Below are positions 49,000 to 62,249 of a stretch of 64,000 nucleotides of DNA, in pieces. Below the pieces are notes generated by a model. The model made no database searches. It was not told the origin of the DNA and saw only the letters and a program-made list of their open reading frames with translations. Source of the stretch: Raillietiella orientalis (lineage: Eukaryota); contig JAYWIR010000004.1 in assembly GCA_036172245.1 (NCBI GenBank), positions 372,001 through 436,000 on the forward strand, in the 5' to 3' direction. Both the position numbers and the translations under genes were made by a program. Position 1 is the stretch's first letter, and each line of letters starts with the position of its first letter.

Positions 49000-51900
49000 C
49001 TGCGGATACATTTCCGATTAGCTCGTTTCCTCACAGGTCATCGGAAGAGTGCGCTACTAGAGACATCTTGCACAGCTTCGGGTGATTTCCCGTTTCACGC
49101 CAGGTGACAGAAGACGTTCTCCCTTTTCTTCAATTGAAGAGAAAACAGCCTGGAGGAGAGTGGACTAAGGGCGTGAAACAAGCAAAAGAGAGACGAAGAA
49201 ATCGATGGCGGGTGGAAACCCCTTCTTTCCAAATGGTGAATGCGAAGAGGAGGCAACCTGAGCCAAGAGCCCACGAGACCCGCTCGTGGCGGCACAAGCT
49301 GTCAAGTGGAGGCCAAAGGAAAGCGAATGAAGGCGGAGACTCCAGAGCCACACCTCTCGGGAGAAAGTATGGGTGTATGAGCAGACCTTCCTAGCAGCTA
49401 ACCGACGTCACTGAAGTCACCTGGGAGTGGTCTGTGCTGCAAGAATTCACCGCAACGAACGGGAGCATCCCTCGGACCGTAATCTCTGTCCTTTGCTTCG
49501 GTTAACAGGCTCGTGTGTTATATCGCAAGCGGGAGCTATTTTTGGAAACGAGGATCCGAGGGTGCGCTTATCGGCGCCCACTCACTTGATGAAGATGAAA
49601 CGCAAGCTTGGGGTGACGGGGAGGAGGAGGTGTCAGTGGCCAGGAGATGCGAGACAGCCCACGTGGAATCGAACGGACCTCGACGAGAGCGACGAGGGTA
49701 GGAGTCGGCGTCCCGGGATCCCTAGGGGATCTCCTGAGACGCGCTGGTGTTCGCGCGTGCGTTGCGCATGCTCGCGCGTGCAGCAGGGTAGAAATCACGC
49801 GCGTCCGTGCCTGCTCCAATGCGCGTGAGTTCACCATGAAGAAACGGGCAAGGTGCAGGGGAGGAGGGAAACCGCGAATCCCGCCGACCAGAAAGTCCGC
49901 CGCTTTCTGCGTCACGAACCAGGAGAGGATCAGCAGTCGAAGAGTAGCAGCGGCCACTCTCCTGTCCGTCCCATTCTCGCGCTTCTCCTTCGCATCCCGG
50001 TCGCGAAGCAGGAGCGGAGGAGCAGCGATAAGCGCTCGCGAATCAGAAAAGCGCAAGAGCTGCCGGAGTCAACTCGTCGACTGCGCAAGGAGGTGGAGGA
50101 AGGCAGTGCAACAAACAGCATCCGGCAGCATTCCTGGGGGGTCTCAGGGAGCAGAGTCCATGAGCGTCAGGGAGGAACGAGGAGGCTTCTCGTTCGGCCA
50201 CGCCCCTCGGGGAGGGTTTCGAGCGCCGAGCGTAGAGAACCGGCTCCTGCCAGGATCTCGGAGTCCCTGGAGGGAGAGCTGACGAGTCGCAGGTCGTCCG
50301 CTGCGAAGACCGGGTCCGTGCAAGAGAGGGGGATAAAGAAACGAATAAAATGAGTGGGCGGGGTAGAGCTAAGGCTCGCTGGTTTGCTGCAGCGGTTGCG
50401 GTCTTTCATCGTCGGCTTCCCGCCCTGTCAATGTCCTCCTTCTCCGCCCCCCGTTCGGGAGAAGCCATCTGACCATTCTCCTCACCTTGAAGGTGGTCAA
50501 GCCCCGGAGTTCCGCAGCAAAACGACGACCGCGCAGTGCTGCCACTGCTGGGGCAGGCGGAAGTCCGTCTTGCTCGAGGAGAGGCGCCGTGACAACGCCA
50601 TACGTGTGTTTCACAGGTGCCACATCGCAGCCCCCGGGCATTGCCAACTGCTTTAAAGAGCGCCAGAGACTAATAACGGCACGTGCGCGAACGACTCGGT
50701 CGACCCGCAACTGGAGCAGTTCCTGGAACCACGCACCCTCTCCCAATGGTGCTCGGCGCTCGTTGCCTGGCAGAAACTCCAACACAAGGACAGCACCGTC
50801 ATGTGCTGCCGCCTGTGAAGGGACAAGAACTGTGTGTGCGTTCAATTAGGGAGAAGAATCACAAGTTCCGGAGATATTTCCAGGTTCAGTGTAGTTCCTA
50901 TCGAGGCCACGTGCGGCTGACCTTCCGGCTGGACTCCGTTGCCCACTAGTCCTTGAAGAATTCGTTACTCCTTTGATGGTAGTGCTGGAAGAACTCTCAA
51001 TTCGCCTCCGGCTGACAATGGCAGTCGATCTCTCATAGGGAGGGAAGGAACACGAAGAAGTTTCCAAGGAGCACGTGCACCTCTTGCGTCTGGGTCCTCG
51101 AAAGGGTGTGCTCCAGGAGAGGAGTTCTGTCTCTAAAAAATCCTTAAGACGTTTCGAAGCCTTGCAGGAACCTATGAGCAGGAAGTACGCAAAGCAGCGC
51201 CGACAAGAAAGAAAAAGGTTCGCAGTGTTGCTCACGGGGATGATGATCGTGGAGCAGGTCGAAGCAAGTCGAGGAGAGGCGGAAGAAGAAGTCCTTCGGG
51301 TGTCAAGGAGAAATCTCATGGCATGAGGGTTCTCTGCGAACCCATGACCCCGATTCCTAATGCACAGCGCAGCACTCTGCTTCCAACTGATTCCTTGGAT
51401 TTCCAGCTAAGGTTGCGAAGTTCCTCCTTGGTTATTTCCGCACCCGAGTAACAGAGCTGACTATCCAGGAGACTCCAAGAGGTCTCAACACCTCTTTCTC
51501 GAAAGAAAGAGGTTCCGTGCGTGCGAACTCTGGATGGGAAGAAAGTTTTCGTCTCGGGACGGGAACGAGGAGGAAGGGACGGACGCGTCCTTCCTTTTCT
51601 TGTCCTCTTGCAAATGAGAGGAATTAGGTTTTATCTTGCAGAAGTACCGGAATGGAGTCGATCTTGGGGAAAGCAGGAAGGAAGACGCCTTTCTCACTCA
51701 TCACCACGGTCCAACTCCGAGAGAGGAGAAGGAAGAGCGGAATCTCGGCGTCTCGGAACGCGCAGTGCCGGAGAGCAAAGAACAGAGGACAGGAGTGACC
51801 GCCTATGGGAGCATTTTCGTGTGGAAGGAGAAGAGAAAGAACTGTTTGGAGCTGGAGTACATCGGTTTCATCCTGTAGACATCCTGGGTAAATGACGGTC

Positions 51901-52300
51901 TCGTTTCCGGGGTAAAGAAAGGTCTAACAGGAAGGCAAACGAAGACTTCAGGGGACTCCCGAAGTCTTCCCCCTTATATGTGTGCTCTCGCAGCAGCAGA
52001 TACGGGAAGGGACGTGGAAACACTGCCTGACTTGGGCATGGGCAAGTGCCGGCCGCTCCTTTGCGAGAGGGGGAGGAGGAGGGGGGCGGGCTCGAGTCAG
52101 GCCACCTTAGGAGCCTGCACCTTCCACCATGACCGTCACCACGACAACCGAGACCAGCTCCTCGTCGGAAAAGGCATGCGATACTCACGTGACTCTTCAG
52201 ACGAGGGCAGACCGAGAGGTCGGCACGCCTTCCACCCAGGGTGAGGAAAGATGGTGCATGGGAGTCCTGGGATGGGACAGGTCTCCCCTCTACGCGATCT
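49000..52300 (+). mobile_element. Decayed DIRS-like retrotransposon (RT-RH-MT-YR)
   Basis: RT (~49510-49620): VCYIASG, HLMKMKRKLGV. RNase H (~50370, ~50630): VELRLA, HIAAPG. MT-like (~50870): KFRRYF. YR (~51590-52130): PFLVLLQMRGIR, HPVDILGK, TFHHDR. Confidence 0.5.
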
Positions 52301-52899
52301 AGAGAGAGGACGCCCTCAGGCGGGAGTTTCCTTCGCAACACGAGCTAGAAGGAAGGCACGGAGGGGTCATCCCAGTCGGAACGCTAGAGGACCCCGAATG
52401 CGGGTAAGATGGAGATGTGCGTCCACCCTCAAAGTGACCGCTGTTCGAGAGAACAGATCAATGTTGGTGCATGGATAGATGTTCCAGACAGAAGGCTTCT
52501 AGGCACAACTGCAACGCCCTAAAGCTATCGAACCGTCGGCTGCGCATGTCCAAGAGCTGAGCAAGCATAGCAGAGGTCATTCATCCTTGGCGAGGTTTGC
52601 ACAGAAGTTCTCAACAGACTGGAAGTAGATAAACACGTGTGTTGAGAATGTGCACCTACAGATAGGTGAGTACGTGTATATGTGTGCACATACGACTTCT
52701 GCGTACGATGCAATGGGCACGCGAGGAGGAAATGCCAAATTGCGTCCAGCGCGGCATGTTTCAAGGAGACCGTTGACTTACCGGCACCAAGAGCTTGCCG
52801 CAGCCTCCTCACCCACTTCAGAGATGCCCGCTGAGTTGCGTCGGCGCAGCTCGGTCGTACCGAGTATTCCAGTAAGCAGAGCGCAAAGATTTTTGGGAA

Positions 52900-55000
52900 G
52901 TCGAAGCGCCCCTTCGTCAGGAGGAAGGTCAAGTTGGCAGGTCTAGTGGTTGCCTCTGCTGTGCTGGAATGTCTGGTGACATCATCGGACTCTCACGCAA
53001 TGAAGGTGCTTCCTGGAGGGGATCCCATAGCATTTCGTTGTTTTGGGTTATCCCAGGATCTCGAGGAGCAAACCACTACTGCCCAAAGGACGAGGGCTTG
53101 AAGACAAAGAATTCCTTAGAGGGCAGGCACTATGGTGATTCCCTTTTTTTCCTCCCATGACATTCTCTGGTCGGAAATGGCATACCTGCTACCTCGCCAC
53201 AGTGATAACACTGGATTCTAGATTCCTTTGCTCTTGAGCGGATTGTCTACCTCGAAGGGGGCGCTCAATTGAGCCTCGCGGAGCCCCATGAAACATGCGG
53301 CGTGGCAGCAGGAGGTGGTGGGCACCTCAGGGCGTGAGACAAGCACCGGTCCGAGTTTCCTCCTTCCGTCTCCGGCATCTCGGTAGACTGTTCTCAGAGA
53401 GGGTCAGAGTTCGGAGGCTACCCCAAGAAGCGGTCTCCATCCAGCGCCACCCCAATAAGATGAACGAAAGCTGCTACCTGTCAAGATTGGAGTTCTCCTT
53501 GGACCCATCGCAGGAGCGACCAAGGTCCGAGGCGCTTGGACGGCAGACCAGCTGATTCTCGGTGCCCGGGAGAAAGGTCTACTCCTTAGGATGAAATTTG
53601 CGAGCATCCCGACCAACGACCTGGAGATCCTTCCATTCGTGTGTTCGGAAGGCTCCGTGCTGTTCTTGATGGAACAAATCTGATTTGAAGCAATCTCTTT
53701 AACTGCTTCTAATTTCTAGTGAGAATTATGGGTAGTATTGTAACCACACTATCCTTACCCTTATCAACGTAACCATTCCTGGCTATATAATTACTATGAG
53801 GCCTGATCAAGTAGCATAGACTCGAAAGGTCACGTGAGAGCACCCCTTCCTCACTTTTTGTTATTTGCCTCTTTGATAAAGATAGGGAAAGTAGCAGAGG
53901 TACAGCTGGCGCTTCCTCTCTCTATGGAACACCTCAGCTGTGTCCTCGGAGGTGGAATGGCACGCCCAGAACTATTACTTGGTCTCCCTGGAGTAACCCA
54001 AAATCCTATCCCGGGGTGGTAGGTCCAGGTCTGGCATCGTCCGCTCTCATTTCACTCGTGGTTATTTCCTGCTGGTGGCTCAAACATCTGGCGGTATTGC
54101 GTGGTGCCAATTATTGACACCATGCAGGATTAGAGCACCTAGAGCATGAATGATTTTTCTTGCTCCAGATTTCCTTCTCCTCTATGTCAGCTCCCTCTGC
54201 CAGTCCAACTGGAGTCAAATACTGAGAGGAATCATCTCACCTTTCCTTTTGACATCTGCGGAAATTCAGCATGATCTGGATGCTCCCTAGTCCCACCTCA
54301 GTACCGTAGCATAAGAGTTCTTGTGATCGTGCGAGAATTTCTGTCTAGCCATGAGTCTCCCATGAGACCTTTTCACGGCAGTTGGAGTTTCTCTACCATC
54401 TTCATTGTTAAATTGTGATGCCAAGCGATCCATCCTAGGTGCGTGTCCAAGGGGATCAGCCATGTTCCTCAGCTGACTCTCTCTCTTGTGGCCATGGAAG
54501 TAGAGAATAGGAGATTCTTTCTCGACGAACTGATGCTGGAGGAGTAGGAAGAACAGCCTCTCTCCACCGTCCTTTTCCATCTCTGCTTTCTTTCCATTCT
54601 GCATCGTGTGTGAAAGACACTGAGTTGTCTGAACACTCCATCGTTCTTCGGATCTTCAGCTCCTGGTTTACCGTTAGAGCTCCCAACTCTGTTGATATGG
54701 AGGTGAAAAGGAGAGACACTTTTAGGTATGCTCGTTATCTTTACAATTTCGTGCTTCATCTAGCAAGTGCTTGCTGGGACAGGCAACACCGAATCATAAT
54801 GCTCAATTTTGATCTTCTTAATGTTGACCCTAGTTGGCGAATGCTTCGTAGCACTAATTGCGGATGGAGTTCTGTGGTCCGGTATTTGCTAATTGAGGAC
54901 CACCAGCTTCCATTTTTCTGCATCGATTCTTTGACATGGTTCGGCTCAAAGTTGTGCCTCTTGGTAACGTAAGGACTTCACTCGGAATTTTAAGGGAGCA
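52900..55000 (-). mobile_element. Probable decayed LINE RT 3' portion
   Basis: RVNIKKIK (cf. IN..KS, ~54815) and weak downstream echoes only. Confidence 0.25.
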
Positions 55001-55399
55001 GCCCAATAGGGCTCAATACGGGCTACAAGATCGTGTAAGGTTGAGGACTAACGAACGCAAGCACAAAAGAGAGGACCAAACGAGAAAATGTGGCGAAAAT
55101 TATGCAAAAGAAATTAATATGAATCCAGGACTCAAAACTAAAAGAGAGAGAGAGAGAAAGGAAAAAAAAAACACAAGAGTTTCCTGGAATGGAAGATTTA
55201 ACGTTCTTTGTCTCCATCTACAGGAAGGCAGAAAGTTCGATTTGATCAGGATCACGAAGCAAAACATCCTCCTTACTACCAACTGGTCTGACGAAAAAAT
55301 GGCATTCGTATCAGACCGCTTTCCTCCAAGAAGAAATGACTTTTCGTCAATTATTTTGCATAATTTATTGCTGCTTTTATTTCTTTTCCCTCACTTCCT

Positions 55400-57150
55400 G
55401 TTTCAATCTTGCTGGTTCGTGTGATGCCTACAAGAGGGGTGATGGGAATGATGCGACAGCATGATATATCGACAGATGCTACTTCTCTCATTAGAAATGT
55501 AACCATTTTCTTTATCCTCAGAATTTTTGTACGATTTTCCATATTCTATCCAATGTGCTCCTAACGGATGTGGCAATAATCTGTTTAATGTGAATCTTAA
55601 ATTAATTGCGGCCCCAACTCCAATACAAGCCATTCTATTGAAGAGCTTCTTTGGAAAGAAAGTGGTACCAACGTTTGAACATAGGAAACCAGAGAACACG
55701 GAAATCAGTGTTGTGAGCATCCGATTTTATAGAGCAAATCTAGTGGAAGTTTGGGAATGACCACTCAACACAGTTTCCATTCCTCTCTAAAGCAGTTAGG
55801 CAAACTGTGTCCTTCAAGCATAGTTGGCGCTTTGCCATAGTATTCAAAAGGAAATGAAGAGTAGGCGAATTGCGTTCAGCAATATAAGAAAAGTCAACTT
55901 GAATAAAGTTGGTACTAAAGACTGCTATTTCGAACGAAAAAAAGAAACAACAAAAATAGTGAAGCTGGCTCATGCCACAGCACACTTCCCTCTGTCATCA
56001 TGGAAAAATACTTGAATGAGGAGTCATTACAAGTCTACAGACTGAAACCTGATGCACAACACGAATGCAGGCACTGCATCATCGAAGTGCTGTTTTGAGG
56101 AGTGAAGAGATGCTTACCGACTTTCCTCAAATAAAAAGGGAATACGCTTCTATTTGTGGAGACCTGACTCGATATACGGAGAGCGACATGCGAAACCCAT
56201 GTTTCATAGTGAACAATAAATGTGGAATTTGAATGCACTGTTAAATATCCTTTTTCGTCAGGACATCTCAGTTCCACACAATGATCACAGTCACTCAGAA
56301 ATACAGGAACAAGAGGTTTAATAAGAAACGGAAAACGAAAGTGAGAAGTGTGACCAAATTCATTTCCTTATCAGTGCATTTGAACCTAAATCCATGGATT
56401 TCTTATGTTTTGAATGCTAAATTGGTTTGTTCATAGGAGAACTCCTTTTATTTCCGATATAATATTATGAGGATGAACAATGTAACGGAGAACATTCACG
56501 TCCGGGATCACCCTACCGAAGGGATCGTCCTACCTATCCCATAAGAGATAGGAAACGCTGCATCCGATCATTTCTAAAGAACATTGGTAAAAAATAAGTC
56601 ATAACTGGTAGATCACAATGATGCAGCTTCCAGGAGAGAAAAAGGTTGGTTCCTTCGCATATAATGGAGTTCAACGGATTCCATTGCTATTTTAAATCCG
56701 TAGAGTCTTGTATGCAGGTGGAATTACACTCCTGTGATTCTGGAAGACGAGTTTGTTTTCAATGGAACAGAGTGGATGTGAAATTTAAACCTTTCCCCAA
56801 CTTATCCAAAATTCCGAATTCAGGAAAATGCAATAATTCCTTCCCATGAAATTTTTTCTCGTTGCTCAATGACTAGCTGTATAATTCCAGTTTCATGCAC
56901 ACTCATTTCCTTGCACAAATGTTTAATGTTCAGTTCGGTTCAGGAGCAAGCAACTACTTAATCTTTTTTCCACGTATGGATACTTTGGAAAATGTGATTT
57001 TTCCGGTGCTTTCAAGACCAGTAATCAAAATCCGCCACAAAAGTTACCTTCCAGTTTCTCTTTTTTCATCGCCTTTTACTTCCTTTAGCCTGGATGATTT
57101 GGTTAACATATTCCACATATGATCAAAAATTTATTCCACATGTGCATAAA
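55400..57150 (-). pseudogene. NACHT NTPase (NLR-like) fossil
   Basis: RILITGLESTGKITFSK (Walker A, ~56985-57035) and ICEGTNLFSPGSCIIVI (cf. LI.G.LLP.A.VLITSR, ~56605-56665). Multiple stops and frameshifts. Confidence 0.5.
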
Positions 57151-57458
57151 AGTAAATCCATCAATCTGAAAACCTTATGCAAAAATGCAAGCCTATTTGG
57201 TTCTCAATTAAAATCTATCCTGAAGCAAACTTTCGAGAGAAACTAGTTAAATGTGCAGCTGAGTAAACAACTTTAATCTGAGAGGCAATCGAGGAATAAG
57301 ACTGTTCTGCACCAAGATTTACTGTTGCAGAGAGACTGTAACTTCCAAGCAACTTGGAAAAAAGAAAACAAATAACTCTGAATAAAAATCAAGTAATCTG
57401 ATAGCCAAACTCTAAAAGATGTCACCCTCCACCAATTGCCCGATTAGTCAAACGATAT

Positions 57459-58963
57459 TTACAAACTAATCACATTTGATATTACAGTATGACTACTCCA
57501 TTCATCAACACCAACGTTAGGTTTTGCTTGGAGAGAAATCTGTGATGTTTTTTCACCAAAAGGAAAAGGATTTGCACTCAAAGAGATCTGGAATAGCCGC
57601 TTCAATGCATCAAGTGCAGCAACTTCTTCAGCAACATCTACACACTCACCATACCCTACAGCAACATGCATTAAAGGATGCAATGCAAAAATCCGACATA
57701 CCAATTCCTAACTGCTTATGCCCTGAATAAATGCCAACACAGAATGTTGCCAGAATGGTTCTTTTTCCCGTTTGCCATATTAGTCTGCTTTCTGGAAGTG
57801 CAGCTTTTTCATTGTTCATTATATTGACAAGAATTCCCATTGGGTTTCGGATTTTCCATAGATCCATGATATCTTTTCCTGATAGCTGGGTGATCAAAAA
57901 GTCTGCAATGAATCTATTTGTTCTTAATGCATCTGCAGTTTCATCCAATGCAGCTACAACTGCTTGGAAGGAAGTTGCTAAAATCTCTTCTGATGGAGGA
58001 AATTCCTAAAAACATGAGCACGAAAAATTACTCAAGAAACAATCACAAATCTATATTGCATGACTCACTTTCTACTCTAACTAAAATTTAAGGATATAAT
58101 AAATCAAAAGTACGAAAAATTATTTACTTCACAAAGTATGATGTCAGTGAGACCAATATGCTTGCTCACAAATGCCAAAGTTTCTTTTCTGGTTAAGAAT
58201 TCCTTGACAGCCCTGCAAGATGCACAAATAGAAAACGCTATTATCTAAATTTACAATTTAAAAAATTCAATATTCAAACAAAAGGTGATATAACTTGATA
58301 CCTAATACCTTCCTCAGGAAGATATGGGAGCACACTTCTTAAATATTGTACAACAAAGGATTCAATTCTATTACTGCCCTTCTTGATCAGTTCGCCATTA
58401 TGATTCTCCGTAAGTTCAAAGGATTTAGGGTGGTTATCATTTTTTGTGCTTTCTTTCAAATAACATCTATGTGTTAATGCTTGCTTCAATAATGCATCAT
58501 CAAACTTTTCTCCTACACGATGAGAAAAAGCAAAAATTTCTGCATCGAAATTCCTATTTAGAAAATATTTGATAATGATTCTTGATTTTTTGCCCTCGTG
58601 TCTTTACCATTCAAGGTAGCTGCTTCTTGGTACTTCCAGGGGATATTTTCCTTCATCAATGAGCTTTTTCTTTCTTTTATTAATTTCCTTTAATGTAGGA
58701 AAAAGCCATCTCCCAAAAACATTCCTTTTTGCAAGGACTAAAAATCAACAAAAAGGATTTTCTCAAAAGTTCAAGGCGATATCAGGTATCAAAGAGAATA
58801 AAATTTAAAGCAAGCTTTCACAGTGATTTCCGTATTGGCGTAGATGCATGCAATATGTACACTGAGGGTCAATATGATTTACATTACCGATTGTATTTCC
58901 AGCTCGAAACGACCAGTGGATAGAGTTCAAAGAACATGATAGTCTGCAAATCTTTCCTATCAT
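57459..58963 (-). CDS. MRPL44: Mitochondrial ribosomal protein mL44 (RNase III-like + dsRBD), ~347 aa; exons 58963-58888, 58737-58608, 58553-58302, 58212-58128, 58005-57702, 57655-57459
   Basis: Basic N-terminal targeting-like peptide; PRSSYLEWNFDAEIFAFSHRVGE, LLKQALTHRCY, LPYLPEEGI, DFLITQL.GKD..DLW..NPMG.L, PESRLI, VGIYS, G.GE..AEE.AA.DALKRLF. All introns are GT-AG and in phase. Confidence 0.95.
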
Positions 58964-59799
58964 CTCGGATTTCTAACTCCTACAGTTTATCATACTTTCA
59001 TTTTCGGCATACATTCCTGCTATTAACTTGACTCATTCACCCAAATCCTTGATTATGCCCAAAATCCTTGATATTACGCACAAAATTTTAAGCACTTCCA
59101 CACATTACGAGCCTGAGATCATGCGAAAACTAGTAAACATGGATGCCACCAGTAAATAACTTGTAATATAGTTCTTACTAAAATGTTAAACTGTTTCATG
59201 TAAATCCTATAAATTTTGATGATTTATTAAGCTTTGGATTATGTGGTTTGAAATATCTTTCAAAATATTTCAAAATCTGTGATTGTATTAATATTTTTGA
59301 ATTTTTGAATTGTTTTACTGTAATCAAGAATCAAGAATTGATAACATTTTTTGCTCAGTCACTGCAATGCCGTATAGAAATGTATTAAACAGATTGAATT
59401 GATACATGGAAGATTACAAAGCAGAGTATAGTTGAATAGATGGCATTCATTGATTGATCTGATGCTGGTAAAGCCGTGTACTGCAAAAGGCAAAAAGTAA
59501 TCGATTCGAGTAAGTAGTCCAAAAGATTCAAAATAAAGAAAGTTCTTGAGAGCTAGAATATGATTTCCCCAAATAAATAAAACAATTGAAGAAGTTTAAA
59601 CGGTACATATTCTAAACAGAATGTACATTATCTACAAAGTTATGGATGTTATTACACTTATGTGATAGTCATTGACTATGGTTTCTTAATGAATTATTGA
59701 TAATTTGGATAGATTGACTATTTTCTTTCCAAATAATTCAATTTCAAACCTTTTCAGGTTCATTGACATCAATATGAGTTAGCCCCAGTCTCCAAAGTA

Positions 59800-60965
59800 A
59801 CTATATAATTTCTACTTTAGAACATTTATTAAAAAATATCGGTTGAGGTACAATCCACGAGAAAGCTTTTACTATTCTTGTTTTTTCTTTTCCTAAGGGT
59901 ACAAAAAAGTGTATAGGAAAATGCTCAAAATGCACTCCACCTAAAATTTTACTCTCAACCAAAGTCACATAAGCCACACTCAATAACACTATTAGCACCT
60001 CAAAAGCCCCTTATATCATCATTATCACGTTTTAAAATCCTCCTCAACTAAATTTTTTTGCTTCCCAATCCCTTCATACTGAGATCTCCACCATATAAAG
60101 ATAGAAACCAATCTGATTCGCGCCGATCTAAATTCAAATCATGTAGGATTTTCACTCGGACAGACTGATACCATAAATCTGTTACACTTTATAGATATCC
60201 AATTCAACGTCGAGGTCTCAAGCTTCCTCATCAGTTAGAATCCTCCGTGAAAATTACTCCGTTACCGCTTAGATAACTTTTCCTTTATTTCAAGATCAAT
60301 ATTACTTTACAACTAATCCTTTAATTATGAAAATCCATTCTTCATTATCCCCCCCAGATAACCCTTTTCCAAAATCCCGCCTTAGCTCATTCCATGAATT
60401 CCGAAAAGTATAATTAATGATAACATTCTTCCTGCAAATCAAAACACTAGAAACATAAAACGCCTCTTTCTCCATTCTACATACTCCCAACTGTAACTCA
60501 TGATTAATAAAGGTACTACTAAAACATAATCCACAGATAATAAACAGTGAAGTGAAAAATAACCATTATACAAACATATAACCTTAAATTCGGTATTAAT
60601 GCAAAATTAACATTAAATCCATATCCAAGATTAGAGGGTCTGCACGATGAGTTAATAAACGGCTGCGGTATTTTGACTGTGCTAAGGTAGAGTAATAATT
60701 AACTATTTAATTGATAGCGTGGGTGAAAGATTGAATTGGGTAAAGCTGTCTCATTTTCTGATTTTAAATTAAATATTGTATTGAAAAACCCATATTGAGT
60801 TAGGGGGCGAGGAGACCCTTCTGCGGGATTTGAGGTTTATTTATGGGAAAAGGGTAAGCGATGGCAACCTGATGTTAAGGTAGATAAGTGAGATTGAAGG
60901 AACTGTAATCAGAATGATTGCTAGGGTTAATTCTAGGGATATTCATTTAGGTGAGAATCCTGGGC
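59800..60965. pseudogene. Composite NUMT: nad1 5' (-), rrnL 3' (-), nad5 fragment (-), tRNA remnant (-), rrnL fragment (+), nad2 fragment (-)
   Basis: nad1: LLSVAYVTLVESKILG (59800-60025). 16S 3' motif aatcctacatgatttgaatttagatcgg..tggtttctatc (within ~60035-60350). nad5: YSWEYVEW..RFMFLVFWFAGSMLSLI (~60380-60520). 16S in forward orientation: ggctgcggtattttgactgtgctaaggtag..gagaccct (60640-60820). nad2: GFSPKWM (~60830-60965). Confidence 0.9.
60580..60632 (-). tRNA. Short mitochondrial tRNA remnant in the NUMT (trnH by position before nad5; loop reads TTG as in trnQ)
   Basis: aatctt/aaggtt acceptor pairing and a tgttaa-ttttgca-ttaata anticodon arm. Identity is ambiguous. Confidence 0.35.
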
Positions 60966-62249
60966 TCCGAGTTTCAAGTTTCAAGAACTAAATATAAATT
61001 TTTCAAAGTTTTCACTTTTCTCACTGAATCGATCTGGAAAATTCATTGAAAAATTCGATGAAACTTTTTCCACGAAAGATTGTTTAGGTTTTGCTTTGTG
61101 TTTGCACATTTGATCGAAGATGCATCTACAAATCTGAATATTTAAGGAGCGAAACTTTACCTTCAGTTGTATATTTCATAACAACGGCATATTTAAGGCC
61201 GACGCGGAATTATATGAAATTTATTTCGCTACACTTAAAGGATTATCAGATAACTAAGTTTGTTGTGCTCAGTGCTCATTCTGCAATATTTCACCCGACA
61301 AGCTTTATGAACCGTGGAACCCTATTTCAAGCTGGATCCATAAAGATGAATGGAGGTCTTGCAAACAGCTATCTGCAAAATCTAGATTTGTTGATGTGCA
61401 TCAGCGACTCTCCTAATTAACTTTTCATACTGAGTCAGGAAGGAAAATTTTTTCGAAAATGAAAAGGTTATTTTAATTCCCATTTGAGTCGCCATCCTTG
61501 AGATTAGCCATCATTTAGCAGTCATGCAGAGATTTGATAGTTTAATACAAGGAAGCCTGCTCGATCAAATTGATATTTTCGTTCGACTTTGAGGCTGCAC
61601 TTCCTCCCCCAAGTTGGGCCGAAGTGATTATAGGAAAGCACGACGAAACAAAAACAACGCACATTTTTCGTCTTCTTCTTCAATTGAATACATTTGACGG
61701 TCTTGCACAAGACTCGTGAGCTATAAACTGAGGGAGAATATAGAGAAATTAGTCAGTCTTTAACACGGTGTAATATCCATAGATGGTATTTTTACGTGAA
61801 ATATCTTCACAGTTTTCCCAGTTTCATCAATCTACGACTCAGACAAGCTTTGCAGCAAAAGCAGCCATGAGAATTTTCGAAAGAAGGACGACGGTTTCTG
61901 TCGTTTCGTGCTCTGATGTGGTCTCAGTGGAGAAATTCGAAATCGTATCTCAGTACCACCAAGAGGATCATTCTTTAAGGAACAACCTTTTATTGCTTGA
62001 ATAACGACTGTTCAAGAAAACAAATTAATCACTCCGTTTCGTATTGGTATATTTTGCTACCGTCAACAAGACCTTAGTCTTGAAACAAGTCTGCTAGTAA
62101 GCTTTGGTCATTTTTGATTCTGGCTTAAGTCGCTTACAGCTTTTTGGAAAACATTTGACCACTCTGAATCCCTTTTTTTTTTTTTCCTAACAAATTTATG
62201 AACCTCCCTTAGAAATCCTAATTAAGGTTTCTAAATTGCGTGTAGTGAA

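Larger units (their letters stand above)
59400..62100 (+). pseudogene. NACHT NTPase fossil(s) flanking the composite NUMT
   Basis: FID*SDAGKAVYCK (Walker A-like, ~59445-59490). After the NUMT: VLLCVCTFD (~61090), ETLPSVVYFITT..RP (~61130-61200) and LKGLSD (~61235). Confidence 0.4.

Noticed and set aside
60035..60820. Functional rRNA gene
   Set aside because: Fragmentary, mutated mitochondrial 16S pieces in opposite orientations.
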